Below are positions 18,847-27,978 of a stretch of DNA of 64,000 bases, one piece after another (position 1 is the stretch's first letter; the number at the start of each line of letters is the position of its first letter). The DNA comes from Acidobacteriota bacterium (GTDB lineage: Bacteria > Acidobacteriota > B3-B38 > Guanabaribacteriales > JAGGZT01), in contig JAGGZT010000060.1 in NCBI GenBank assembly GCA_021161905.1, positions 776-64,775 of the forward strand, written 5' to 3'. The position numbers and the translations under genes were made by a program. Below the pieces are notes generated by a model. The model saw only the letters and a program-made list of their open reading frames with translations. It did not search any database and was not told the DNA's origin.

Positions 18847-20021
18847 AGCTTTTCCTCCACAAAGGTATTCCACTCGTGACAATGGGGACATTTCCAGAGA
18901 AGTTCTGTGGTCTTATAACGACAGCGGATGCAGACATAGGGATCGATGAAAAATGCCTTTTCCTCCGATATCCGAAGGAAATCCTCGATATGTTCCTCTT
19001 TTTGCCAAGAGTGGAGAAGGCGAAGGAAGGCTTGATGAAGGGAGAGCGAGTGGGGCTTGGTCCGTAATGCCTCTACCAGGAGGGAGAAGGCTTCCTCATA
19101 TTTTCCTTCTTCTTTTATTATCTCGGAAAGGGCAAGGCGGGAACGCCAATCCTTAGGATTCTTTTCTACCAATTCCTGAAGCATATCTTTAAGTCTCTCC
19201 TTATTCCCCAGCTTCTCATACCCCTTGGCAAGATACTCAAAGGCAAGGTAAGCCATCTGGGGGGAGACCGAGATTATCTTCTCCCAGGTAGCTACCGCTT
19301 TTTCTATCTCTCCCTGCTGATAATAGAGTTCACCAAGGCTGAGGTAGGCGGGATAGGTTTTCTTTTCAAGGGAGATTGCCCGCTCGAAGTGCTTTATCGC
19401 CTCCTTAACTCTACCTTCTTTCATCTCCCTTTTGCCCATCTCATTTTCGAGGAAGGCTAAGACGGTATAATCCCTCGAATTGGAGAGAGAGAGGACCCTT
19501 TCCTCAATAGCGTACGCCTTCTCCCAGTTCTCTATATTCTCGTAAAGTTTCTCCAGGTGGATTAAGGCAGCTATATTTGTGGGTTCCCGGTTGATCAGCT
19601 TCTCAAATATCTCTATTGCCCGGTCGATTATCCCCGCCTTCTTAAAATCCAAACCAAGGGAAAGGAGAGCCTGTGTTCGTTCCACCTCGAGGAGTGATGA
19701 GCGGTGAAGCACCGCCTGATGGATGCCGATCGCTCGCTCCACCTGCCCCTTTTCCCGGAATAGATCGCCCAAAGTGATGAATATTTCCACTGCCTCAGGG
19801 TTCAGTTTCGCTGCCTGGGATAACTCGAAAAGGGCGAGGTCGATATTCCCTGAGATGAGATAATTAAGCCCAAGGAGGTAGTTGGTTATCCCTTTCTTTT
19901 CCCGTCTTCTCTTTCTTCTCTCTGCCTGAGAGACAAAAGCACCCCAGATACGACCTAAGGCTATCCCCAGAAGGAGGATTATCAGGGCATACCAGAGGAA
20001 GAAACCGTATTCCTCAAACAT
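18843..20021 (-). CDS. lapB: Lipopolysaccharide assembly protein LapB (YciM)-like: N-terminal TM, TPR repeats, C-terminal rubredoxin-like zinc ribbon.
   Basis: N-terminal TM, nine TPR-like repeats, C-terminal CIRCRYKTTELLWKCPHCHEW; immediately downstream of lapA and the kds genes. Confidence 0.75.
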   Translation of the reverse strand: MFEEYGFFLWYALIILLLGIALGRIWGAFVSQAERRKRRREKKGITNYLLGLNYLISGNIDLALFELSQAAKLNPEAVEIFITLGDLFREKGQVERAIGIHQAVLHRSSLLEVERTQALLSLGLDFKKAGIIDRAIEIFEKLINREPTNIAALIHLEKLYENIENWEKAYAIEERVLSLSNSRDYTVLAFLENEMGKREMKEGRVKEAIKHFERAISLEKKTYPAYLSLGELYYQQGEIEKAVATWEKIISVSPQMAYLAFEYLAKGYEKLGNKERLKDMLQELVEKNPKDWRSRLALSEIIKEEGKYEEAFSLLVEALRTKPHSLSLHQAFLRLLHSWQKEEHIEDFLRISEEKAFFIDPYVCIRCRYKTTELLWKCPHCHEWNTFVEEKL

Positions 20022-20025
20022 CCAA

Positions 20026-20376
20026 TCATTCCTCTTTTTTCTCGAGTGGAGAGGGGGTGTTCTTGTTTTCCTCTTCCTCCATCCACTGGGATATGGGTAG
20101 GTTTCTTAGTGAGTTAAGTTCCTCCTCTAAGGAGGAGATCCTCTTCTTGAGCGCAGAAAGCCTGAGTTTCAGCTTTATATGCTCGGCGATCCCTATCACA
20201 CCGGCAATGATGATGCCGACTAAGATCGAGGTGAGCACTACGAAGATCAAGGGCACATCCTTTAAGGTTTTCCAGTAGAGGTTTATTGAGGAAACGGTCT
20301 CCTCCGAGTTAAGGATAGCTAAGGCAAGAAGCCCGAAGAAGAGAATTACTGCAAGCACCAGTTTAAAGATGTTCAT
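20026..20376 (-). CDS. lapA: LapA (YciS/DUF1049)-like inner-membrane protein.
   Basis: Two TM helices followed by a coiled-coil C-terminus; directly upstream of lapB. Confidence 0.55.
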   Translation of the reverse strand: MNIFKLVLAVILFFGLLALAILNSEETVSSINLYWKTLKDVPLIFVVLTSILVGIIIAGVIGIAEHIKLKLRLSALKKRISSLEEELNSLRNLPISQWMEEEENKNTPSPLEKKEE

Positions 20377-20416
20377 TTCCTCCCTCCTTAATTGATCCCC
20401 TTGAAGATAGGGGTTA

Positions 20417-20929
20417 TTATCTTACCCATCTTCCCTGTGCCTTTAAGATGAGTTCGATAACCTTCCTCACCGCCCCCCTCCCCCCAGGGGAGGAGGTAAC
20501 CCAGTCCGCCTCCCGAATTAGCTCGCCAGGGGCATCGGCTACCGTTACCCCCAGCCCCGCTCTCCTTAGGAGCGGAAGGTCAACGAGGTCGTCCCCGATG
20601 AAGCAAACCTCATCAGGGCTGAGGGAAAACTGCGTCAAAAGCCTATCAAAAACTTTCTTCTTATCCTCCTTTCCTTGGATCACAAACGCCATGCCGAGCT
20701 CGTTTGCCCTTCGCTCAACCAGCTTTGAGTTCCTTCCTGAGATGATGCCCGTTCTCAGTCCGGCCTCTTCCGCCAGCCTTATAGCAAAGCCGTCTTTTAC
20801 ATTGAATGATTTTATCTCATCCCCTCTATCGGAATAGATGATGCTCCCGTCGGTAAGGACACCGTCGACATCGAGGACGATTAGTTTTATCCTCCGCGCT
20901 CTTCTCAAAAAACCAGCCAAGGTCAACAT
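20417..20929 (-). CDS. kdsC: KDO 8-phosphate phosphatase (HAD family).
   Basis: LIVLDVDGVLTDG HAD motif I and GDDLVDLP motif; about 170 aa. Confidence 0.8.
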   Translation of the reverse strand: MLTLAGFLRRARRIKLIVLDVDGVLTDGSIIYSDRGDEIKSFNVKDGFAIRLAEEAGLRTGIISGRNSKLVERRANELGMAFVIQGKEDKKKVFDRLLTQFSLSPDEVCFIGDDLVDLPLLRRAGLGVTVADAPGELIREADWVTSSPGGRGAVRKVIELILKAQGRWVR

Positions 20930-21762
20930 CCCTCTTCCTCCTTGATGATTGCATCTATCCTTTTGATCATAGTTATCAATGGAGGAAGTTCCTTTAGCGG
21001 ACAGGCATTAGGTCCGTCGGAGAGGGCTTGCTCTGGGTTGTCGTGAACCTCCAAGAAGATCCCGTCCACCCCAGCAGCTACCCCAGCCCGAGCAAGGTAG
21101 GAGATCAGTTCCCGTTGCCCCCCAGACGATCTTCCCTTTCCCCCCGGGAGCTGAAGGCTATGGGTGATGTCGAAGACCACTGGGATCCCCTCCCTCCTTA
21201 TTAAGGGAAAGCTCCTCATATCGACCACTAAATTGTTGTACCCAAAGACGGTTCCTCGCTCGGTGATCATCACCCGCTCGTTACCTACCGAGAGGGCTTT
21301 CTCCACAATATGGACGACATCCCAGGGAGCGAGGAACTGCCCCTTCTTTACATTTATTGCCTTACCCGTTCGTGCTGCCGCCACAATGAGATCGGTCTGA
21401 CGGGAGAGGAAGGCGGGTATCTGAATCAGATCCGCCACCTCTGCCACTTTCTCCGCCTGATGGGGCTCATGGATATCAGTGGTAATGGGGAGGGCTAATT
21501 CCTCTTTTATTCGGCGGAGGATCCGTAAACCTTCCTTAAGACCGGGGCCACGGAAGGAGGTTATCGATGTGCGGTTCGCCTTGTCGAAGGAGGCTTTGAA
21601 GATGAAGGGGATCTCTTTTTCCTCGGTTATCCTCTTCAACCTCGCCCCAAGGGAGAATGAATGTTCCTCACTCTCGATCACACAGGGACCGGCTATCAGC
21701 AACAGTGGGTCTCCTCCTCCGATGGAAATGGTAGAGGTTATCCTTATCTTTCTTGTTTTCAT
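20923..21762 (-). CDS. kdsA: 2-dehydro-3-deoxyphosphooctonate aldolase (KDO8P synthase).
   Basis: [12 protein letters not shown]...[10 protein letters not shown] and DAxK-type core; about 280 aa. Confidence 0.9.
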   Translation of the reverse strand: MKTRKIRITSTISIGGGDPLLLIAGPCVIESEEHSFSLGARLKRITEEKEIPFIFKASFDKANRTSITSFRGPGLKEGLRILRRIKEELALPITTDIHEPHQAEKVAEVADLIQIPAFLSRQTDLIVAAARTGKAINVKKGQFLAPWDVVHIVEKALSVGNERVMITERGTVFGYNNLVVDMRSFPLIRREGIPVVFDITHSLQLPGGKGRSSGGQRELISYLARAGVAAGVDGIFLEVHDNPEQALSDGPNACPLKELPPLITMIKRIDAIIKEEEGC

Positions 21763-23375
21763 CTTCCTTTTTTGTATCGATAAGCTGCCCGAATAAAACT
21801 GGTGAATAACGGATGGGGGAGGAGGGGCTTCGATTTAAGCTCCGGGTGAAACTGACATCCCAAAAACCAAGGGTGGTTCTCCACCTCCACTATCTCCACA
21901 TAGTTCCCATCAGGGGAGATACCGCTGAGCTTGAGCCCCGCCTTTTCAAGGGTCTCTCGATATTCAATATTGAATTCATACCGGTGGCGATGCCGTTCAT
22001 ATATCACCTCTTGGTTGTAAGCCTTGTAGGCGATGGAAGCCTCATCCAACTTGCAGGGGTACTTCCCCAATCTCATCGTTCCTCCCATGTCGGTTACCCC
22101 TACCAGGTTAGGGAGAAGGTGGATGACGGGATGGGGTGTTTCCGGTTCGAACTCGGAGCTGTTTGCTTTGGTGAGGTGGGCTACATTCCGGGCGAATTCT
22201 ATAACCGCGCACTGCATTCCGAGGCAGATACCGAAGAAGGGAACCTTCTTCTCTCTCGCGTAACCGACCGCAGTGATCATACCTTCTACCCCTCGCTTAC
22301 CGAACCCACCGGGGACGAGAACCCCTGACACTGAAGAGAGAAACTTCTCCGGTCCCTCCTTTTCAATATCCTCCGCCTCGATCCATTCTATGTTCACCTT
22401 AAGGGAATCGGGGTAGCCTCCGTGATGAAGGGCTTCGATGAGGCTCTTGTAGGAATCGTGAAAGCCCACATATTTGCCTACCACTCCGATGGTAACCTCA
22501 TCTTTAGGGTTTTTTATCCGGGCAACCAGCTCCTCCCAGGGGCGCATATCGGATTTCGTCTCCGGGAGCCCGAGGATTCTAATGATAGCCTCATCAAGGC
22601 CTTCCTTTCTGAAGACCAGAGGAATCTCGTAGATACAATCGACATCTTTAGCGGTTATAACCGCCTCCTCAGAGACATTACAGAAGAGGGCGATCTTTGA
22701 TTTTATCTCCCGGGGAAGGAAGCGGTCGGTACGGCAGAGTATGATGTCGGGTTGGATCCCTATCTCTCGGAGCTCCTTCACACTGTGCTGGGTAGGCTTT
22801 GTCTTGAGCTCCTGGGAGGTTTTTATATAAGGGACAAGGGTCAGATGGATAAATACTGAGTTCCCTCGACCCAGCTCCTGACGAAGTTGACGGATCGCCT
22901 CGAGGAAGGGAAGACTTTCGATATCGCCTACCGTTCCTCCCACCTCTACTATCTTTATATCAGCCTTGTCTGCCTCCAGCGTGATGGAGTCCTTTATCTG
23001 GTCGGTAACATGGGGAATTACCTGCACCGTTTGCCCTAGGTAATCACCCCGGCGCTCTTTTTTTATCACTGCCTCATAGATCTGCCCCGAGGTGAAGTTG
23101 CTCGCCTTGCTCGTGGTATAGCTGGTGAACCTCTCGTAATGCCCCAGATCGAGATCCGCTTCCGCCCCATCGTCGGTTACATAGACCTCGCCGTGCTGGA
23201 AGGGGCTCATCGTTCCTGGGTCGACATTGAGGTAGGGGTCGAGTTTAAGGAAGCTTACCTTCAATCCTCGGCTCTCCAGGAGACAGCCGATGGAAGAGGC
23301 AGCGATCCCCTTACCTAAGGAGGAGATCACCCCACCGGTTACGAAGATATATTTTGTCTTCCTTTTTGTTCCCAT
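21759..23375 (-). CDS. pyrG: CTP synthase.
   Basis: N-terminal synthetase domain ([16 protein letters not shown]) and C-terminal glutamine amidotransferase with GICLGMQ. Confidence 0.95.
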   Translation of the reverse strand: MGTKRKTKYIFVTGGVISSLGKGIAASSIGCLLESRGLKVSFLKLDPYLNVDPGTMSPFQHGEVYVTDDGAEADLDLGHYERFTSYTTSKASNFTSGQIYEAVIKKERRGDYLGQTVQVIPHVTDQIKDSITLEADKADIKIVEVGGTVGDIESLPFLEAIRQLRQELGRGNSVFIHLTLVPYIKTSQELKTKPTQHSVKELREIGIQPDIILCRTDRFLPREIKSKIALFCNVSEEAVITAKDVDCIYEIPLVFRKEGLDEAIIRILGLPETKSDMRPWEELVARIKNPKDEVTIGVVGKYVGFHDSYKSLIEALHHGGYPDSLKVNIEWIEAEDIEKEGPEKFLSSVSGVLVPGGFGKRGVEGMITAVGYAREKKVPFFGICLGMQCAVIEFARNVAHLTKANSSEFEPETPHPVIHLLPNLVGVTDMGGTMRLGKYPCKLDEASIAYKAYNQEVIYERHRHRYEFNIEYRETLEKAGLKLSGISPDGNYVEIVEVENHPWFLGCQFHPELKSKPLLPHPLFTSFIRAAYRYKKGR

Positions 23376-23380
23376 TAGTC

Positions 23381-24169
23381 TTAGGTCCCACCTTTCCTTA
23401 TTATCTCCCTCACTTGCTCCAGGTCCTCTTTTGTGTTCACCTCATAGGATGGATAGGAGGTGAGGGCGACCTTTATCCTATACCCATATTCCAGAATCCT
23501 TAATTGCTCCAGCCCTTCGATGAGCTCAAGGGGCGTTTGTTTAAGGGTTGAGTAGATGAGGAGAAACTCCCTCCGAAAGACATAAAGCCCGATATGGCGG
23601 AAGTAGTTCCTGAGGAACTCAGTGTGAGCAAGTAACCATTCCCTTTCTTTCCCTAAGGGAGCCCTCTTGGGATGAGGTATTGGGGCTCTACTGAAATAGA
23701 GAGCATATCCCGAATCATCGGTGACCACTTTTACTATATTGGGATTGAATATATCCTCCGGCCTTTTTATCCTCCTCTTCAATGTAGCCACTACCGCCTC
23801 CTTCTCCTCCTCGAGAGCAGAAATAGCTTCGGTTATTGCCTCCTTTGAGATCAGCGGTTCATCCCCCTGGATGTTCACCACGATCTCCATATCATCTCGC
23901 TTTTCCGCCACCTCCTTTACCCGATCGGTTCCGCTTTTGTGGTTTCTATCGGTCATCATCACCTTTCCGCCGAAGGAGCTTACCGCTTGATATATCCTCT
24001 CATCATCGGTGGCTACTATTAATTCGTCTATCTCCTCACACTGGGAAGCCCGTTCGTAGACCCATTGGATCATCGGTTTCCCCATAATGTCAGCCAGTGG
24101 TTTCCCCGGAAAGCGAGAGGAGTGATATCGGGCAGGGATCACCGCCAGTACCTTCTTCCCCTCGATCAT
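23381..24169 (-). CDS. kdsB: 3-deoxy-manno-octulosonate cytidylyltransferase (CMP-KDO synthetase).
   Basis: [17 protein letters not shown] nucleotidyltransferase motif; about 260 aa. Confidence 0.9.
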   Translation of the reverse strand: MIEGKKVLAVIPARYHSSRFPGKPLADIMGKPMIQWVYERASQCEEIDELIVATDDERIYQAVSSFGGKVMMTDRNHKSGTDRVKEVAEKRDDMEIVVNIQGDEPLISKEAITEAISALEEEKEAVVATLKRRIKRPEDIFNPNIVKVVTDDSGYALYFSRAPIPHPKRAPLGKEREWLLAHTEFLRNYFRHIGLYVFRREFLLIYSTLKQTPLELIEGLEQLRILEYGYRIKVALTSYPSYEVNTKEDLEQVREIIRKGGT

Positions 24170-24431
24170 CAGCGTACCGGTCCTCTCCTGTCAAAACCTT
24201 TTTTATCGTCAGTATCTTATTAAAAACCCATACTTAAGTCAAACATAAAAGTATGTCTTAACTCTTTAAGAAGCGAGGAGGATCCAGCCAAACTGCCAAA
24301 ATAGTCTTGACAGCTTTCAATAAGTAAATTACCATATTCTATACCTTGAGGGAGGGAAATCTCCGAAGATTTTGTTGTTTGTTTCTCCCGGGGGGTTATT
24401 TTTAATCTAAGAAAGGATAGGTGATTCTTGG

Positions 24432-25013
24432 ATGATCGGGGAGAAGATCGGGGTTTTGGGTACAAAGATAAGGTATGGAATCGCCAGGTTCTTCTCCCTT
24501 TTGAAGGTGAATCCGAGCGTACTTACCTTCATTGGTCTGGTGATAAATATCTACGCCGCTTTTCTTTTCGCCTCAGGAAGGATCAGGGTAGCAGGAATAA
24601 TCGTACTCATCGCCGGTATCTTTGATATGGTAGATGGCACCCTGGCGAGGATCTCGGGGATGGTGAGCAGGTTCGGTTCCTTTTTTGATTCGGTTATCGA
24701 CAGGTATTCCGATTTTATACTCTTTTCTGGTATAATTGTTCTCTACGCCCGGGTAGGGAGGATAGACAATCTGATTCTTACCAGCTTTGCTCTAATGGGA
24801 GCGATGATTACCAGTTATGCCAAGGCACGGGCGGAGAATCTTATAGAGAGTTGTAAGGTGGGGTTTATGGAGCGTCCAGAGCGGATTGTTATCTTAATAT
24901 TGGGAGCGGTTTCCAATCATCTTTTGGTCGCCCTCTGGATATTGGCGGTGGGAACGAACATCACCGCTTTCCACCGGATATATCATACCTGGAGGGAGAC
25001 CGAGAGGGTTTAA
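24432..25013 (+). CDS. CDP-alcohol phosphatidyltransferase (PgsA-like).
   Basis: D-G-x2-A-R-x8-G-x3-D-x3-D motif (DMVDGTLARISGMVSRFGSFFDSVIDRYSD); multi-TM protein. Confidence 0.8.
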   Translation: MIGEKIGVLGTKIRYGIARFFSLLKVNPSVLTFIGLVINIYAAFLFASGRIRVAGIIVLIAGIFDMVDGTLARISGMVSRFGSFFDSVIDRYSDFILFSGIIVLYARVGRIDNLILTSFALMGAMITSYAKARAENLIESCKVGFMERPERIVILILGAVSNHLLVALWILAVGTNITAFHRIYHTWRETERV

Positions 25014-25043
25014 TGGGTTCGGTAAAAACAATCGAAAGGGTAG

Positions 25044-26666
25044 GTGATATCAATGAGTGAAAAGAGCGGAGCGGTTAACCATCTTCCTAAGGCGGCGGGG
25101 CAACCGACTACCACCTATTTGGGAAGCCCAATCACTCCTATTCCTCCGGGGCTTCCTAAAAAGACAAAGTCCCTATGCCCGGAGTGTAAAAAGCTCCTCG
25201 ACGCCGTCATCTTTGAGGAAGAGGGAAAGGTATGGATGGAGAAGGAGTGTCCCACTCATGGGAAATTCCGCGATCTCGTTTGGTCCGATGCTGAGCTCTA
25301 TCTCAAGGCGGAAAAATGGTATTTTGGCGACAATAGAGGGCTTCTTAATCCAAAGGTGAAGAACGCTACTGTCTGCCCCTATCAATGTGGTTTGTGCAAT
25401 CTCCACTTGAGCCATACGGTGATGGTGAATATAGACCTCACCAATCGCTGCGACCTTACCTGCCCTGTCTGCTTTGCCAATGCCAATGTCACCGGGTATG
25501 TGTATGAACCCTCCCTCGAGGAGGTTCGCACGATGTTGAAAGCGGTTCGAGATGAGCGACCGGTTGCCACCACTGTAGTCCAGTTCTCCGGAGGGGAGCC
25601 CACCATCTATCCTCGTTTCTTCGATGTGTTGAAGATGGCTAAGGAGCTTGGTTACAACCACCTCCAGATAGCGACTAACGGGCTTAATATGGCTGATCTT
25701 GAATTTGCCAAGAGGGCGAAGGAGGCAGGGCTCCATACGATATACCTCCAGTTCGATGGAGTAACCGACGATGTCTATATGAAGACGAGGGGGCTCAAGC
25801 TCTTCAAGACAAAGCTCAAGGCGATAGAGAACTGCAGGAAGGTAGGGATAATGGTTATCCTCGTTCCCACTATGATCAAGGGGGTAAACGACCATCAGGC
25901 GGGGGATATCGTCAAATTTGGTATCGAAAACGCCGATATCTGCCGAGGGGTAAGCTTTCAGCCAGTCGCCTTCACCGGAAGGATCTCCCGGAAGGAGAGG
26001 GAGAAACAAAGATACACTCTGACTGACTTAGCCTGGGATATCGAACGGCAGACAAACGGCATCCTGAGAGCGCGGGAGGATTGGTATCCCATCAGCTTCG
26101 TTGCTCCCTTCTCTCGCTTCTATAGTGCTGTTCGCGGCTATCCGGTGGCTACCCTTACCTGCCATCCCCATTGTTCCTTAGCCACTTATCTCATCATTAA
26201 CCGGAAGGACCCAAGCAAATTCGTTCCCATCACACGGGTTATCGATGTAGAGGGGTTGCTTACCGAGATGGATAAGCTGGCGGAGAAAACCGAGACCTCA
26301 CGGTTCAAGTCGTTTGCCAAGATAAAGGCGTTTAACAACCTGCGAAAGCACTTTAGATCGGAGAACGCACCTGAAGGGCTCACCTTCACCAAATTACTCG
26401 AATCGATCAACGGTCTTATGGACAAGGAGCTGAGGAAGGGGGGAGGGACCGAATGGATTGCCTTCCTCGTTGGGGGGATGCACTTTATGGATCTTTACAA
26501 CTACGATGTAGAACGGGTAAAGCGATGTATCATCCACTACGCCACTCCTGATGGTTCTATCTATCCCTTCTGTACCTATAATGGTGGTCCTACCTTTAGG
26601 GAGAAGGTGGAGAAGAAATTCTCCATCCCTCTTGAGGAGTGGAAGAAAAAAATGGGCAAGAGCTAA
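25044..26666 (+). CDS. Large radical SAM enzyme with an N-terminal zinc ribbon and two CxxxCxxC motifs.
   Basis: CPECKK...ECPTHGK; CPYQCGLC (residues 111-118) and canonical radical SAM CDLTCPVC (136-143); GGEP SAM-binding motif; 540 aa. Confidence 0.7.
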   Translation: MISMSEKSGAVNHLPKAAGQPTTTYLGSPITPIPPGLPKKTKSLCPECKKLLDAVIFEEEGKVWMEKECPTHGKFRDLVWSDAELYLKAEKWYFGDNRGLLNPKVKNATVCPYQCGLCNLHLSHTVMVNIDLTNRCDLTCPVCFANANVTGYVYEPSLEEVRTMLKAVRDERPVATTVVQFSGGEPTIYPRFFDVLKMAKELGYNHLQIATNGLNMADLEFAKRAKEAGLHTIYLQFDGVTDDVYMKTRGLKLFKTKLKAIENCRKVGIMVILVPTMIKGVNDHQAGDIVKFGIENADICRGVSFQPVAFTGRISRKEREKQRYTLTDLAWDIERQTNGILRAREDWYPISFVAPFSRFYSAVRGYPVATLTCHPHCSLATYLIINRKDPSKFVPITRVIDVEGLLTEMDKLAEKTETSRFKSFAKIKAFNNLRKHFRSENAPEGLTFTKLLESINGLMDKELRKGGGTEWIAFLVGGMHFMDLYNYDVERVKRCIIHYATPDGSIYPFCTYNGGPTFREKVEKKFSIPLEEWKKKMGKS

Positions 26667-26700
26667 TCCCAAGCGATAAAGGAAACTTGCGTATATTTTG

Positions 26701-26729
26701 AAGGCGGCTTAAAAGCCGCCTTTTTATTA
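26701..26729. terminator. Rho-independent terminator between the convergent radical SAM and FtsX genes.
   Basis: GGCGGCTT-AAAA-AGCCGCC hairpin followed by TTTTTATT. Confidence 0.6.
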
Positions 26730-27827
26730 CTCATATTTTAAAGCGTCTATCGGATCTTGCTTCGCTGCTCGGAAGGCAGGATAAAGTGAGCCAAGCACCC
26801 CTCCAATGATACCCAGTGCTCCAGCGATTAACATCCAGCGGAGGGTAATCTCTACGGTGAGGAGAGGGAATATCTTAATGATTATATGCCTTGCGATGTA
26901 AGCGGTGAGATATCCTACGAACACCCCTATAGTAGAGATAATGAGGGCTTCAATTACTATGTTCCTTATGATATAGTGTCTCGTTGCCCCTATTGCCTTC
27001 AGGATACCTATTTCCCGGGTCCGTTCAATTATTGCAGTGTACATAGCGAGAAGAATGGCAAGAAAACTGGCGATGACCGCCACCGCAGTGGTAGCGAGGT
27101 TAAGCGCCCTCAACCCTACTGCGCTTTTCGACAGTTCTTCAGTATAGGTGGAGATGATGTTTATCTGATATCCTTTGAATTCCTTCCTCAGTCTTTCCGC
27201 GACCTTCTCCGCTATTTGCTGGGAGGAACACTTTATGAAGAAGAGAGACACTTTCCCCGGAAACCCGAGGATATCTTGCAGGGTGGAAAGGGGCAAATAG
27301 ATCATCGCCCCTACATTGGGTTTGCATATCCCTACCAAGGTAAATTGATGGTTGAAAATGGTGACCTTATCCCCTATCTTGAAGCCGGTTCTTTGAGTAA
27401 GTCTTTTGTCAAGGACGAGATCGTAAGGTCCTTGAAGAAACCTTCCCTCAAGTATCTCCAACCTTCTGCCTATTGGGGTAAATCCTTGTTCATCAATACC
27501 GAAGATATTGTGATAGAAGTTATCTATCTGTTTGGTGTTCCATACCAATATAGGAACCACCCCGGTTATGCCATTAATTTTAAGTAGGTGATTCTTTATC
27601 CCGATAGGCATAAGCGCCTTACTCAATCCGAGGAAGCTCGCTGCTCCCAATGGTTGAAAGAGGATGTCGCCACCGACATTCTCGATCGATTGAGCGTGAT
27701 GGATCAGGGTTCCATTTGTCATCCCTACAAGCACGACGACCAAGGCAACACCTAAAGCAACGGCAGCAACGCTCACCATCGTCCTCGTTTTCTTTTGGGT
27801 GAGATTGGATATGGGAAAACAAACCAT
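26727..27827 (-). CDS. FtsX-like ABC permease (MacB/LolCE topology), with no adjacent ATPase.
   Basis: N-terminal TM, large extracytoplasmic loop, three C-terminal TMs with the FtsX-type core; neither neighbour encodes an ABC ATPase. Confidence 0.7.
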   Translation of the reverse strand: MVCFPISNLTQKKTRTMVSVAAVALGVALVVVLVGMTNGTLIHHAQSIENVGGDILFQPLGAASFLGLSKALMPIGIKNHLLKINGITGVVPILVWNTKQIDNFYHNIFGIDEQGFTPIGRRLEILEGRFLQGPYDLVLDKRLTQRTGFKIGDKVTIFNHQFTLVGICKPNVGAMIYLPLSTLQDILGFPGKVSLFFIKCSSQQIAEKVAERLRKEFKGYQINIISTYTEELSKSAVGLRALNLATTAVAVIASFLAILLAMYTAIIERTREIGILKAIGATRHYIIRNIVIEALIISTIGVFVGYLTAYIARHIIIKIFPLLTVEITLRWMLIAGALGIIGGVLGSLYPAFRAAKQDPIDALKYE

Positions 27828-27919
27828 CTTTCTCCTCCTGAAAAATCCAAAGGTTAAGTATAGTATATCGATGGAAACGAAGCAAGGAAAATTTGGTAGC
27901 CTAATGGGTATTCCTTTCC

Positions 27920-27949
27920 TTGTTCAGCGTTTTTTCTCTCTGGTATAAT
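27920..27949 (+). promoter_or_regulatory. Putative sigma-70 promoter for rel.
   Basis: TTGTTC, 18 nt, TATAAT about 30 nt upstream of the GTG start; RBS GAGGGAGG. Confidence 0.4.
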
Positions 27950-27978
27950 GAATTTGGTTAAGATGAGGGAGGCTGGCG

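Noticed and set aside
24170-24431. Possible small RNA or ORF in the 260-nt kdsB/pgsA-like divergent intergenic region (hairpin CATACTT-N13-AAGTATG; 81-aa ORF 24220-24465)
   Set aside because: The ORF has no RBS, is low complexity and overlaps the downstream start. The hairpin is short and AT-rich and is not followed by a T-run. The region is more likely divergent promoter space (a TTGACA-17-TACCAT candidate at 24307-24335).
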